Assembly (NCBI GenBank): GCA_051294375.1
Contig: CM119266.1
Location: 25,317,731 to 25,381,730, forward strand
Direction of reading: 5' to 3'
Length of the DNA stretch: 64,000 bases
From: Paraspadella gotoi
Lineage: Eukaryota > Animalia > Chaetognatha
Position numbers and translations under genes: made by a program. The number at the start of each line of letters is the position of its first letter. The stretch's first letter is position 1. The notes under the pieces are model-generated. The model did no database searches. It saw only the letters and a program-made list of their open reading frames with translations, and was not told the DNA's origin. This document shows, in pieces, positions 50,884-64,000 of this stretch.

Positions 50884-53800
50884 CGAGAGAGAGAGACACA
50901 TAGAGGAAACGGAATACCGAGAGAGGGGATAGAAAAGAAAGAAAAGAAGAGAGAGGGGGGGGGAAAAGAAAAAAAAAATATTTTTTGCCGGGTCAGATAA
51001 AGACAAGCGGTTAGATCGACAGGAGGGGGCGCGGTTGGAAAGAAGAATCGAGGAAAAAAAAAAAGAAAAGAAAATAAAGGAAGAAACTCGGTTGGGAGGA
51101 AAGCGGCAGGAAGGAAGAAAAAAAAAATCCGAAGGAAGAAAAGGAAAGGATTGAGTTTTTCTTTCTCGCCGCTAGAGTGGAGGTGGCGACGTTTTTATGG
51201 TCTTCTTTTTTTTTTAGTGAAGCTCTCGCGTCCCCTTTTCTGTCGGGTCGTGGCGACGGCTTGTTGTTGTTCTGTTGTTGTTGTTGTTGTTGTTGGTGTT
51301 GGTGTTGGTGTTGTTGTTGTTGTTGTACGAAGTAAGACGACTTCAAGATCTGTGATCAGCTCACACAGCATACACTGTCGATGGTTGATTTTTTTTTTCC
51401 GCTTTACTCTGCGACATGGCTCTTATAATTGTAACTTTAAAATGAAATATTGAAATAAGAATTTGATACGAAATGAAAATAAAAGTTATAGCTGTCAAAA
51501 TCAGGCGAATAGAAAGAACATTTCCCATTTTTTGTTAGAGAGTAGTTTTTTTTTTAAAAAGGAAAAGAATTCATGTCATTTTCTCTCAACCTCCTTTTCC
51601 TTTTCATTTTTTCATGCCATTTCGTCGCGAGTCTCTTTTCCTTCTTTTTATTCTCTTTCCTTCTTTCTATTCTCTTTTCCTTCTTTCTATTCTCTTTCCT
51701 TCCTTCTGTTCTCTTTTCCTTCTTTCTATTCTCGTTTCCTTCTTTCTATTCTCTTTTCCTTCTTCTATTCTCTTTTTCATTATTTTTCTTTCCTTTTTAC
51801 CTTTTTTTTCGTCATTTCGTTTCAATCCTTTCTTTTCCCCCTTTTCTCCCTTTTTTTCATGTCATTTTATCCCAATTCCTTTTCATTTTTCCCCTTCTAT
51901 TTTCTTTCCTTTTTTACTTTCCCTTTTTCTCTCTATCTCCGTTTCTCCCCGGAGGCTGGATTTCGATCTTCTACCCTCATCGCAAAATCATCAAACCTTT
52001 AATGACTTTTTCTCTTTTTTTAAAAAAAAGGGGAAAAAAAGGAAAAGTTCCCTTATCCATATTTCCAATCTTTTTCCTTTTATTCCCAACCCTGAAGAAC
52101 GATTAACCGAGGACTGTAAAGTAGGGGTGGAGTGATGAAAAGGATTGAGTGATTGAACATTATTTTTTTGCCTGCTATGGACATATAATTAATAAATTTT
52201 AAATCCTTTTAAAATTTCTTTTAGCAGAACAGTATAGCAAATTCAATTATTTATGTAGTAATATCCTTACAAAATCATCAAATTTAAAAATAATTTTTTT
52301 TATTTTAAGAACTGATTTGGATTCGTTGTAAAAAACTAAGAAACTTTTATAAAATATGTTATATGATATTTTTATGTTTTAGATCACAAAAAATGACTAA
52401 AACGTTTTAACATATATAAGTTTCTACTACAGAGAATAAAAAATCAGTGAATTTTCACCTTTTTTCTTATTTTAAACATTGAAGATAATAGAATTTTTGA
52501 TAACATGTTTATATTTTTGATTCAACTTTTTATGAAGAATCTGAATCTTTATTAAAAGTTTTATAAAAATTATTTTTAAAATTTACTATTTTATAAGGAT
52601 ATTACTACAAATATATTATATTTTACTATTCTGTTCCGAGATAATATGAACAAAATATTTTTTGTACTAGTTAATCATTACTATCTCACATCTAAATATC
52701 ATTGTTCGATCATTCAAAATAATTTTTTTGTTCTTGAGTGCTCACTCTACTGTAAAGTCATCTTTTCACTTTTAAAAAAGTTAGAATCAAAGAATTATTC
52801 GAAATATTTTACATTACGATGTCAAAGAACGCATAGCGCTTTCAGCGATGGTGGCGGTCCCTCTTTATGTGCTCTGAGAAAAATGTTCTCAATTAATATG
52901 TTAATTATGTTTACATACATACTACATATATACCTTTGCCATACCTCCTCAATCTCATTACTTATTTTTTTCAGTAAAAACCTCTCACTAGTAACTAGTA
53001 AAAAAAACCTGAAATTTTAACTTCCAAGTCATTTAGTGCAACATTGCGTAATATTTTGGCCTATTTACTATTCAACATAATTGGTGTTTTATTTTTGACC
53101 CTCAACCTCGTTCCAGCTTTTATCGTTTCACGCCAACGCCCAGTTTCTTCCTGCGTTCTTAAAATAAATAAACATTTTCGACATCGCGGCGCCACATCGG
53201 AGAAATGCCGACAAAACCGACAAAACCGACGCCAATTCCAATTGCAGACATATTTTTATTTGCCCGATTCTTGAAGGCAAGACTGGAGAAAGTAAAATTC
53301 TACTACATACTACATAGTACATAGTACATACGCCAGAGCGGCAGACCCGGCTCGACTCAATAACTTCTATTTCCCTCCAGATGATCAAAATCGAGAGTGA
53401 AAAGCTTTTTTTAGTTGCAGAACGATCAGCAGTTTCAACCAGTTTTTTTTTCATCGCACCATGAGACCATTGCTCCTTCACAACTTCCCACTCTTCGCTT
53501 CAGTCAGTGGGTCAAGTTGATCAAAACCCCAACGGATTATCCCATCGCTCTTTCAAGTGATACCTGCCTTCGATGCCTTCCGTTGAGCCGCCGTCCCTTT
53601 CTCCCATTCATCAACGTGATCATTTTTTCCCCTTTTTGTTTGGTCAACCTCTTTTCCCCACTTTTCCTTTGCTTTCCTCTTCATTTCCTTATCCTTTTTC
53701 TCAGCCTTTGCCATCGTCTCTGTCTCCATCTTCCTCTTCGTCCATATTCTCTAATCATCTCTTGTTTTCTCGAACTGTTTCGTCTTTTTCTCCATCAGCA

Positions 53801-56800
53801 ATTTCGCTCGCGTTTTCTCTTGACGATTCATCACCAAATTTGTTTCATTCTCTGTAGCAAATCAGGATTTTCGATATGACTAGGTACTTTCTTCGGGCAT
53901 TTTTGATCTTTTACCATTCCAGCCTTTCTCTCTCTTTTTTTTTTGCAGCCATTTTCCATCATATTCCGCCATTTTCCATTATTCCCCTTAATTTCTCGCC
54001 ATTTTCTGTCGCTTTCAGTTCTTCTACATCCATTAATCAGATCCTCGATCCATTTAAAGTCGATTTGCCTTCGTCCGTCGACGAAACCTCGGAAAGAATA
54101 CGAGAATTTCGGAGAAGGAAGTCACGGGTCGATTCCTGCATCTTCGCACATACTTTAGCCTTCCTTACATCATTGTAATTTGTAAATACAAATACGAGAG
54201 AACCGTCAACAAAAATTGATTTTTTACCTCGTTCCAAAAAAAAAATCCCCCAAAAATGGCTTTAAAAAACCTCGTGGTGCGAATAATCAGGGAAAAGGAT
54301 TAAAGTGGCCACTAAAAATTCTCCCTTGGGTCTGGAGCGCTGAGAGGTCCGAGTCGGATCATCCGTCTTTAACGCGACCCGGAGGCGAAAGACCAACCGG
54401 GGTTGGTTGGGGGTGTAGAAGGGTCGCGGAAGGGACGCGGAAGGGGGGAGTTGAAGGAACGGAGTAGGGATACTGGAAGTCGGGGGCTTAGGATGAACTG
54501 ATTAGGATGAACTGAAAACTGAACTGAATTATCGTTTTTAATATTTTGTTTCGCTGGTGCCTAATACTTTAGGGGAAAAGAAATTTCTGGCTTATCACAT
54601 CGGCTTGATTATTTTTAATGTTTTCCTATTCTCCTAACGATCAGCAAAGTAGAAAAAAAGAGTATGGAATCGTCAGCTCATTTGGTTTTTTTTTTCACTC
54701 CCACCTTAAACGACCAGTTTTATTCTCTGCATCCTCCTCCTCCTCCTCCTCCTCCTCTTCCTTTTTTTTCTTTGTACAGATTTTCTTTTTTTCCCACCTC
54801 TGAATTCTTCTTTCTTTCTTTTTTTTTCTACTCTCCTAGATTAGTACGGTCCTCGCTCTTCGACTTTCCTCTCTTTTATTTCTTTTTATCTCCTTTTTTT
54901 CCCTCCTACCTCTGACTACTCTCTCCCGTTTCTTTTCTTCGTTTTCTTCCTCCTCTTCCTTTCCCTCTTCTTCCTCTTCCTCCTTCCTTCCCATCTTACT
55001 GCTCTTCTTCCTCTTTCTCCTTTTCTCCTCCTCTTCCTCCCCTCCTCTTCCTTGCCCTCTTCCTCCTCATCTTCCTTCCCTTTCCTTCCCTCTTCCTCTT
55101 CTTTCTTTTCTTCTTTCTTCTCTTCCTCTCCATTTTCCTCCCCCTCTTCGTCCTCTTTCTCCTCTTCCTCCCCCTTCCTCCTCGTCCTCCCCCCTCTTCC
55201 TCCTCATTCCCACCACTTCCTCGTTTCGCCTCCACCGAGGCACAAACGAGGGAAGAAAGACGTTGAGAGGAAAAAAAAAGAAGTTTGGAGAAAAGAAAAA
55301 GAAAGAAAGAAAGAAAAGAAAATGGGGGAAAACGAATCTAGAGATGAAAACAAAAGGAAGTCGAGATAATATTTTAAAAGGTTTTTTTGAAAAAGTTTTT
55401 TAAACTACATTTTTTCTGGCTTTTGGCGACCATCTCATGATTTAAGTTAGTGTTTACAAATACTTGTTTTTAATTCGACTGTTCAGTGCTCATTTGTTAT
55501 TCCATCGTTATTATTTCTTTCTTTTTCCAGAGCACCGAAACTCGCCATCAACCGGTAGGAGTAGGACAATTTCCACCAATCCCCACCACTCACGCACAAA
55601 GACTTTTAAATTGAATAAAAGTGGAAAGAAAAAAGGAGGATAGTAAAAATGATGAAATCCGCCGCAACGACAACAGACAACAACTTAGGACTCAGGACGC
55701 GACTTTTGAGACCAAAATAAAAATAACTAATGACTACATTTTTTCGTAAAAAGAAATTTGGATCGAACCCGAGGATGATGATGAGCCATCGGCGAGTCGT
55801 CTGCTTTGACCCTCAACGTCCTTGGCCCTGGACAGATTGGTAAACGGGTCTCCCAGCAACGAGAAACTTCGACGAAACACTGGGCGATTGAGCTCAAAAA
55901 AGTTTCGTTAAGGAAAAGCTTTTAAAAAAAATGACAATGCGGTCACCTCCAGGTCAGTTATTATGAGAGTGAAGTTGAAGCGAAGTGAGGAAAAGATAAA
56001 CAAGTTGTTTTGTGATTGTAATTTGTAGCTGGAGAATGGAATTCTTGTTTTTTGTCGTCTATTGACGATAATTATAAAGTTAACGGTTCCATCTCTCACT
56101 TTAATCAACAGAAGCGAACGTCTAGTGTCTAACGTTTAATTTTTCCATAACTTTTCTACTTCTTCGTTTCGTTCGAAGGCGTTTCATTTATTTTTTTCCT
56201 TCTAATTTTGATCACTTGTTTTCCCCCTTTATTCCCCTCACTTTTTTTGATTGCGCTCTTTAGATAAAGTTCTCTTATTCTTGACTTTTTTTTCTTTTTT
56301 CTTTTCTTTTTTTTCCGTTACTAATTTTTTTTCATCTCTCCACTTTTTAGATTCGCCTTCTATTCTTCTTTCCTTCACTTTTCTTTTTAACCTCTCTTCT
56401 TCCATAGTTTTCTCTTTTCCTTTCCTCCCTTTTTCTTTTTAATCGCTCCCTTCTTTTCTTCACTTTTCTTTTTAACCTCTCTTCTTCCCTCGTTTTCTCT
56501 TTCCTTTCCTCCCTTTTTCTTTTTTAATCGCTCTCCTTCTTTCCTTCATTTTCTTTTTAAACTCTCTTTCTTCCCTCGTTTTCTCTTATCCTTTCCTCCC
56601 TTTTTCTTTTTTAATCGCTCTCCTTCTTTCCTTCACTTTTCTTTTTAAACTCTCTCTTCTTCCCTCGTTTTCTTTTTCCTTTCTCCCTTTTTCTTTTTTT
56701 AATCGCTCTCCTTCCTTTCCTTCCTTTTCTTTTTAAAACTTCTCTTCTTCCCTCGTTTTCTCTTTTCCTTTCCTCCCTTTTTCTTTTTTTAATCGCTCTC

Positions 56801-59800
56801 CTTCTTTCTTCACTTTCTTTTTAAACTCTCTTCTTCCCTCGTTTTCTCTTTTCCTTTCCTCCCTTTTTCTTTTTTAATCGCTCTCCTTTCCTTCCTCCGC
56901 GTCTCTTTCCTCGCTCCAACCATTTATCCTTCCATTAACTTTGTCCCGCGATGATAGGTGGTCTTTAGGTCTGCTCGACGATTACTCCCCAATGTGAGTG
57001 ACCATTTGGCCGAATAAGGACGTTTAGACTAAGAATGCTCCAACTACAGTAGTTTGACCGGCGATGTAGAGTAATAGGCTATTGAATTTGTTATCGACAT
57101 ACCTTTAAAAAAAAATATATTGATGAAATTTACATCGCTAATCAAAAACTTAACCTGTTGTATCCGAATTGAAGCATTCAGAAATAGGATTACGTGTCAA
57201 TTTTCGTGTAGTAAAATGACTTGCTTTTTAAAATTAAACTTATCATTTAATGGTTTAGAAAAAACAAATATTTTATTGTTTTTAAACGATTTTTTTTACA
57301 GAGAGATTAAAAATATTGTGAGCGCCTAAAAAAGAATAACCCACTGAGGCTTTTTCTAACTGAGATTCTAAGAAGACAGATGGTCTTCCCTTTTGAAAGA
57401 TGGAACCATTAAAGATGGCGCCGTTTGACGCGGAGCCATCAAAAACGGCAACGTCTGAAACGGCGCCATCAAAATGCCATTGACTCAGTGAATCAGTCAG
57501 CGGACGCAAACGGTCGATCGTTTCTGTCCCTCGCATCCTTGGAACTCTCACCCATTCTATTTCCCCCCACCAAACCCCCTAAACCACCTTCCTAATCTCC
57601 CGAACACCACGCGACCACTCTCCACATGGAACCGTCGTCGATCGCTCAGGCCAAGTCCGCGTCCTTAATGGAACCGGATCTAACCACGGAGGACATCATC
57701 TTGGAAGACCCTGAATTACTCTATTCCATTGTCAGGGTGAGGAGAGAGAGAGAGAGAGGAGAGAGAGACGCAGAAGAGATGAATTAGATTTATTACTATA
57801 ATTGAATCAAAACTATAGTGTTCTTATGAGATTTATATGGGAACGCGGAAAAAATTAACTTAGAATTAGTTATTCTAATTGTTTTTTACATTGTTATGTT
57901 GTGAACGCTTTCTCACGCTTAGTTTTTCCCTTTCCATTCGCGTCCGGCAATACTTTTTTTTTCTAGTTAATCAATTATAAAAGTATATTAAACATTAATT
58001 ATGATTCTTGTTTTAACTTAACGACCTATACAATCAATCAATTCCTCGAACCTCTAAAAAGTCAATCAATCAATTGGATCTGTCGTCGCCGACGAACGTG
58101 ATTCGCATCGAAAGGTGAAAAGTCGGAAAGAGACGGGGGGGGGAGGGGGGGGCACCTCCGAATTATCTACTCGATGTTGAACCTTCTGATCCTTTATGAC
58201 CCTTTTTTGACCCCTTTTGAATCTTTGACCTTCTCACCCGCGAACCTCGCACCCTGCCCCATTTTTCACGCCATCTTTCCCTCGTCAAAGGCTAGGAGAG
58301 ACAGAGTCCGTGGAGATTCGTCGGGCTGTTGACGTCAGAGCGAGACGAAAGGAGGCCGCAGGGAGGGGGAGAGCGTGAGACGGAGAGGGAGCGGACTTCT
58401 TTTGGTGAAGAGTTTGCAGGGCTCTGGAGCCCGTGTTTGGTGCGGGGGAGGGGAGACGTCGTCGTTCGTCGTTCGTCTCCTTCGTCTTCTTAGTTTGAAT
58501 GAGTTCTGCCTTTTCAACTTTTTTTCGCCTTCCGTCATCGTCATTTTGATGACGATGTCATTTGTTGTCCTGAGTTTGGTCGTCGTCGTCGTCGTCGTCT
58601 TCTTCGACCTCGTCGCCAGCGCTACTTTCATCGAGTCGAGCCCTGTGTCAGTTTTCTTGCCAGCGGACGAAAACTTCTTTTTGCCTTTCGTCGTTTTACT
58701 CGACAATAGTTCCGCCCGACATCGCCTCACGCAAGTTCGGTTCCTCACTCTTTCACATGGTCGGCGGCTCGCACATCCGCAATGCATTGGCTGATTATCG
58801 TAGCTTTATGTCCTTGCTATTGCCATTATATTATATTTATTTTTACTTTTTTTGGATAATTAGCAGTGATCGGCCCATTTTCTTTAGTTTTTTGTTTTTT
58901 TATTTTTTTTTGTTTTTTTGTTTTTACTTCCTTCCGTCGTTTCCATATTTGGTTTGTCAACTTTGGATCCCGGGCTCTGAGCCTCGCGTTTCTTAGCTAA
59001 CTGATTAATACACCGAGCACGTAACCAGAACCAAACCATTTATGAGAACCATGTGTCATAACAAAGTTAGAAACCGTATATAGATCGAATATATAACGTA
59101 TTTTTCCCTATTGTCGTTATACTACATTTTTACTGTAACCGTACATCTTTCAGTGTCCCGGCTTTCGACCAAAGTATCGATTCAAAAAATACTCCATTAC
59201 TTTAAAGAAAATCAAAAAATCCATTTCTTCAGCAAATTTTACGATGCCGCGCGCTTTCGTCGTCCCAAACTTCAGTCACACGTAACAAATTTTTCATTGC
59301 CTTGGCGCCGCTCCGCGCCGCGCAGACGTTTGGCTCGCCTGTCTTTACACTCCCCCCAATTTCCCTGAAATTCTTACGCTGTCGGGCAACTGTGCCAGCG
59401 CTGTCCGGGCGCCTCCTCCCCCCGTTAAAGCTGCAATCGAGAGTCCGCTTGCACCGCTCGACCCACTAACGCGTCCATCTTGACGACTGCGGATTTTCGT
59501 CTCGTTTCACCGCCGGCCACAGCGGCTGGCTGCTTATCCAAAGGCCGGCAATGACTCTCTGCCGCAGCGCCGATGCTTCCAAAGGTCGGCACTGGGTTTT
59601 TTCTGCTGCGGCGCCAAACTGCTTCCAACCATTCGGGCGCTCACCCACTATTTCATGATTTCATGTTACTCACAAGTGATTGTCTTGCCACGACGCCGAT
59701 GTTTCACAAGAACCGGCGCACGTCTTGACAGTCCCCCAAATAAACACGGTCGGTTCCAAATACCGCGCCCGCGTCGAAAGCATACTCTTCTCCCTCTCCC

Positions 59801-62186
59801 CGTTTGTCCCACCTATGGGGGCGAAAATAGGTGTTTGAATATAGTTATTACGATATGCTCCAATAATAAGTAGTAATTGGATTACATAGCTATAGCGTTC
59901 ATGATTTCAATGTGATTACAAGATATAAACGATTCATATTCAAGTGGATTACATAGCTATAATCGATGTCAATTAGCTGTTTTATTGTTTATATCACGAA
60001 TAATCGGGTCAGTTTGATTTCTATTTGAACAACACACAACATTTGTTATCTTTTACTAGATTGTTCAACTCGGTAACTCCAGACAATAAATTTTTATTTT
60101 AAATATTCAAGAAAATTAATAACTGGTTTGGGTCTTATGTTTCTGTTGTAGTTCACCCAGACTTATTCGACAACGATTCTCCTGTTGTTGCCCTCCTTTT
60201 TCTTTTTTCTCTCCTTCTTCTTTTCCTTCCGGGATTTTGCTTCAGGGATGTTGAAGCTACGTTCCATATGTGTTCTCGACCCGGCCGCTTTTTTGAGTTC
60301 CGGTCCTGTATTTCCATCTCTTGCCAATCCTTTTGGTATCTTTGGCTTATTCCAAGCCGTTGGTTCGCTCCTCTTTGAATCAATTTGATCTTTAGTTTCT
60401 CCATTTGTTTCTCCTTCTTCGTTTTTGAGTTTCGCGTGGCGTTTATTTTTCTTTCCATCCTCTTGTTCGTGCGTATTTCTCTCATTAGCACATGCGCCCG
60501 TCTCTCGGCAAGGATGCCCGTGAGGTTGACCATTTCTCGCCTCCTCCTGCCTCGCTAACATCCTCTATTTCCTAGGATACCAATGTTAGTTCCAACAACT
60601 TGCTTCCATCTCTGCTCCCGTCTCGAGGTTTTTCCCCATGACGTTTTTCTAATGCCAGCTTTTTCTCAAACTCCTTTCTTTCTTTCCTTGGCACTTATTC
60701 TAACAGCTATGTAATCGGCTTCTTTAACCACTTACTTTTCTGTGGCGTTAGAGTTGATGCTTTCTGCATTTCTCAGTTTATTGTTATCTCTCTTTGGGCT
60801 CTCGTTTTTGACTCTGGTTTGCTCTTTTTCTCTCGTTTTCCTCCAGGTCTCTCCCTTTCAGTTTTTCTCTCACTTTTTTTCTTTTTCGAGTCCAAGCCTC
60901 ACTTCTTTCCCTGCTTTGTCACCTTCGTAGGTTTCTTTTAATTATAGGTTGAATTTTTACGACCTTGGCCATTCCACGCGCCGCGAAAAAATAACGAGAT
61001 GACGTATGCCATCCAGAGTTCGGTTTCTTTGTCGTCGTTTGTTGACCGTTCTCTAGGCAGCGTGCTTGGCTTGCGAACGAGGTTTTTTCTTCTTATCATT
61101 TAGTTTGGTTTACTTTTGGTCCCGGGCGCTGGCCCTCGCATGTCTAGCTAACATTATTACACCGACGTCAACCAAACAAACCATTTATTGAGGAACCATG
61201 GGTGTCTAACAAAGTTTAGAAACACTCATAATGAAATGATTATATCAACTATTTTCCTAGCGATACTACATTACTGAAACCTATATGCTTTCGGTTCCCG
61301 GCTATCGACCAGTACTCGCCGATCTACAGAAAAAATACTCATACAAAGAATAATCAAAAAGTCATTTCTCTCGCAAAATTCGATGCCGCACCTTCGTCTC
61401 CCAAATTGGTATGGCCGTCTTCTTTCTCCCCGCGGCCCTGATTTGGACCGTCGCCGTAACAATTTTCATGCCCCGAATTTCTGAAAATTCTACTCTGTCG
61501 TGGCAACCAGTGGCGGCGCTGTCCGGCGCTCTCCCCCCGTAAAGCTGCGTCGTTTCGCGTCAGAGTTTTTCTGCACCGCTCGGCCCCACTTTACCCCGTC
61601 ATTCTGTGATAACTGCTGATAGTCTGCGTTTCACCGCCGCCACTAGAGCCGGCTGCTCCATAAGGCCGGCATTTTGCTTCTTGATGTTGAGCTTCGTTTC
61701 ATTGCGTCTCGGACCGGCCGCTCTTCTGTTCCGCGTCCCTGTAATCTCCCATCTCTTGCCACCTTGGTCCTTTTGCTTCTTCCCAGTGCCTTTGGTTTCG
61801 CTCCTTTTGATCAATTTTGATCTTTAGTTCTTCCATTTGTTTCTCCCTTTTTGATTTTGCTCGTGTTTCTCCTTGTGTTGATTGGTTCGGCGCAGGATAC
61901 GCACCCAGTGCCCGGTGAGTTGTGACTCTGTCCTCCTTCCCGCCTGTTGCTTTTCTCCGTGTGGTCTGCGTTTCTGTTGGCCCTCTTTACTGGCTGAGTT
62001 GTCCGTGGCGTTGATTTTCTTTTCCTGCCTCTTGTTCATCGTAATTCCTCTCATTAGCAACAATGCGCCCTCTCTCCGGGCAGGAGAGTTGCCCATGAAG
62101 GTTGATATCTCGCTCCTCCTGTGCTCCAATCTAATGATTTCCACGGATCCAGTGTTTAAGTCAGAAACAACTGCTCCAAATCTCCG
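48331..62186 (-). repeat. Right arm of giant inverted repeat
   Basis: Starts gttaagacaaacgacagcca (reverse complement of 48073-48092) and ends ctgctccaaatctccg (reverse complement of 34403-34418). Confidence 0.97.
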
Positions 62187-63672
62187 CAATTGTGATTCTA
62201 AAAAATTGAAACAACGTCAAAAAAGAGACCCAAAAAAAAATTTTAACTAAAGAGAACCAAAATAATAAAGAGGAACATTGGCCATCTCACGGAAAGGACG
62301 AAGAGACGCGCGCGTTTTTCCTTCCGAAATATCGCCTTCGTTTGGTTGGATCAATCGGGTCAGGTCGGGTGATGTGGTTGTACTTTGAGATGGAGGCAGT
62401 CATTGATGTGATGTACTTTGAGGTATGGAGGCAGTCATTGATGTGATGTACTTTGAGATGGAGGCTCTCATTCGTCAGTCGAGTTAAGAAAAAAATGCTT
62501 TACTCCTTCTTTACAGATATACACTCTCAAAAAATGTTATTTGATACTAAAGTTAAAGTTCACGAATTGAAATTTCGTGAAATAAATTTTCAACGAGGCT
62601 GAACCTTTGTGATTGAACTCGGCCCGTTTCACGCTCGGAAAATTAAACGACCCTCTCCCCCAGCACCCGACCTGCGGCGCCCGAGCTCGTAGACGGAACG
62701 CGAGAGAAAGAACTTCACGTCAAAAGCGAAAAATCGATTTTCACGACGCGAGAGAAGATTAAATTTTAAAAGCGAGGATTTCTTGAATGCCGCAAGTTGC
62801 ATCTCTAACAGAGACGTTTTTATTTTTGGTCGGTCAGTCGGTTGGATGGTAGTGGGCGTCGCTTTTTGAGTGAGTTTATAAACTGTCGTTATAGTCATAT
62901 TCTTTATTATTATATATTTGTTGTTTAGTATTTCTTACTTCTTTTGACGAGAAAACTTTTGGCTTTCATTAAATAACCTCCTGAATGTGACCCGATCCCC
63001 GTCAGAATTTATTACGTGAACTTTTAGCCCAGTGAAAAAAATATTGCGTCATCCGCGGACGTTTGCAAAGAGAAAAGGGCGGGAGAATCTCACGCTACCA
63101 GTAAGTACTAGAATAGATTAGATAGGGTGTAGGGTAGAAGGGTTTATCCGATATCAGATATAATATAGGAATACTGTTTTTAAGTTGAAACAGAACTATG
63201 CATAAATATATGATTATAATATCATAATAAAGTATTCATGTTCCGGAGGAAAAAAAAAACCTCCTTCAGCTTATTACTGCGAAGACTGAACAAGATAAGA
63301 GAATCACTTAATCTCTTGATGACCGTTCACTCTAGCGAGGAGTGGAGGACGAGGAGTAGGAGGAAGAGGAAGAGGAGGGGGCGTCGTTGAAGAGCTTGTT
63401 TGTTCGACGCGGAATGGATCGGCAAATGAATATAAATCACTTCCGACGTCGCCGCAGCAGTTGTGCAACAAATCTCAGACTGTCGTCGGCCGGCCTAGAG
63501 AGAGGCGGCGCGGCGATGCGGCGGCAGAAGCGCCGGCGAGGAGACGCATCCATTTCGATGGCAACACCGTAGGATGTCGAGTAGACGATTGAAAGGAGAT
63601 GGCAGAGAGGCGGAGGTGGGGGACAGAGGCGCAGAGGAAAGGTCACCGGGAGTGTGGGTGGAACGGTGAGTT

Positions 63673-63750
<78 letters not shown>

Positions 63751-64000
63751 GAGCGAGAGAGAGAGACACATAGAGGAAACGGATACCGAGAGAGGGGGAT
63801 AGAAAAGAAAGAAAAGAAGAGAAGGGGGGGGAAAAGAAAAAAAAATATTTTTTGCCGGTCAGATAAAGACAAGCGTTAGATCGAAGGAGGGGGCGCGTTG
63901 GGAAAGAAGAATCGAGGAAAAAAAAAAGAAAAGAAAATAAAGGAAGAAACTCGGTTGGGAGGAAGCGGAGGAAGAGAGAAAAAAAAATCCGAAGGAAGAA
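62187..64000 (+). repeat. Third copy of the inner palindrome segment (direct repeat of ~49339-51140)
   Basis: caattgtgattctaaaaaattgaaacaa occurs at 62187 and 49339. The copies stay colinear to the window end with scattered indels, and similar ORFs occur at 50522 and 63387. Confidence 0.95.

Noticed and set aside
58135-58152. G-run, potential G-quadruplex
   Set aside because: It is absent from the mirror position (~38442), so it is probably a sequencing artefact.
34403-62186. Extrachromosomal rDNA-type palindrome
   Set aside because: I recognised no conserved rRNA motifs or telomeric repeats in the arms.

Overview
This looks like a eukaryotic (probably small metazoan) draft-assembly scaffold, not a prokaryotic region. 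It is AT-rich, dense in (GA)n/(CT)n and (GAC)n microsatellites, and has ten N gaps, six of them exactly 25 N. I could not name any intact gene, and most ORF-track entries are microsatellite or frameshift noise. Duplication dominates the window: a ~28-kb palindrome (34403-48092 / 48331-62186, 238-bp spacer), a third partial copy (62187-64000), a seemingly exact 2143-bp direct duplication beside a 25-N gap, and several smaller fold-back inversions in the first 17 kb. Copies differ mainly by indels, and some are insertion-inflated. This points to gap-filling with uncorrected long reads and/or amplification chimeras rather than a real biological system. Weaker biological signals are a tRNA-derived element, minisatellites (12, 28, 33, 39, ~90 bp), a probable degraded CR1/L2-group LINE 3' end, a possible piggyBac relic, a speculative CRESS Rep-like motif, a possible pseudoknot and a few candidate exons. 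All alignments were done by eye, so boundaries of noisy copies are approximate.
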